A stretch of DNA of 64,000 nucleotides, from contig OZ253553.1 in assembly GCA_965262715.1 (NCBI GenBank), positions 2,592,001 to 2,656,000 on the forward strand. The letters run 5' to 3'. This document shows, one piece after another, positions 63,477-64,000 of the stretch. The notes under the pieces are model-generated. The model did not search any database. It was given only the letters and a program-made list of their open reading frames with translations, and was not told the DNA's origin. The position numbers were made by a program, and so were the translations under genes. Source of the DNA: Bdellovibrionales bacterium. Its GTDB lineage: Bacteria; Bdellovibrionota; Bdellovibrionia; Bdellovibrionales; JAUICD01. Position 1 is the stretch's first letter; every line of letters begins with the position of its first letter.

Positions 63477-64000
63477 TTAACCTTTGATGCAGACCACTTG
63501 TTTTAAGGTGTGTAAGATTTCAACAAGGTCTTTTTGGGCTTCCATCACTTTGTCAATATCCTTATAGGCTTTAGGTGATTCATCTAAAACACCTTTATCT
63601 TTTCTGCACTCTACTCCTTTTGTGGCTCTGCGATGTTCTTCAAGAGAGATCAATTGCTTAGCTTTAGTTCGGGACATCACTCTGCCTGCGCCATGAGAGC
63701 AGCTATGAAAACTCTCTTCGTTTCCAAGCCCTCTGACAATATAGGATTTAGCTCCCATACTGCCAGGTATAATTCCTAAATCGCCTACCCTCGCTCGAAC
63801 AGCACCTTTCCTAGTTATATATACATTTTGATCATAATGATGTTCAATTTCTACATAGTTGTGATGACAGTTGATAGCTTGCTTTTCTACTTTCATAAAT
63901 GGAAAATCTTTCAATAACACTTCTAAAATATGTTTCATCATGATCTCTCGATTGATACGAGCAAACTCTTGTGCCCAGCTAACAGCTATCATATATTCTT
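63477..64000 (-). CDS. rtcB: RtcB family RNA ligase (partial; 5' end outside window)
   Basis: NCHHNY, RKGA, PGSMG, SCSHGAGR, DESPKAYK, CIKG. Confidence 0.93.
   Translation of the reverse strand, partial: EYMIAVSWAQEFARINREIMMKHILEVLLKDFPFMKVEKQAINCHHNYVEIEHHYDQNVYITRKGAVRARVGDLGIIPGSMGAKSYIVRGLGNEESFHSCSHGAGRVMSRTKAKQLISLEEHRRATKGVECRKDKGVLDESPKAYKDIDKVMEAQKDLVEILHTLKQVVCIKG

Noticed and set aside
63477..64000. RtcB as an RNA-repair partner of the Cas12a3-like nuclease or the retron
   Set aside because: About 60 kb from the cas genes and separated from the retron by unrelated genes; no evidence of linkage

Overview
AT-rich bacterial chromosome segment. The pilins and the secreted metalloprotease expansion suggest Bdellovibrionota/Oligoflexia (inference). 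The first ~18.6 kb is a defence locus with two type V effectors on the minus strand. One is a canonical Cas12a (5532-9755). The other is a >1330-aa Cms1/Cas12a2-related nuclease (Smithella-type clade, recently called Cas12a3) at 3992 to <1; the ORF track misses it because it runs off the window edge. They sit beside one divergently oriented 59-spacer Cas12a-type CRISPR array whose trailer is fused to tandem structured repeats. Also here: an Rpn nuclease with an internal small-protein start, a decayed IS30 and an orphan MvaI/BcnI-like endonuclease. No cas1/cas2/cas4 is visible in the window. The middle holds housekeeping genes (purF, purL, rpsR, rpmB, rplX-like, glpX, guaB, miaB, smc) mixed with TA remnants, type IV pilins, secreted Zn-proteases and at least two dispersed families of covarying hairpin repeats. 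Downstream of tRNA-Asp lies a retron whose Ec86/St85-type NDT effector is fused in frame to the reverse transcriptase. All family assignments come from motifs I read and from recalled reference sequences; no searches were run.
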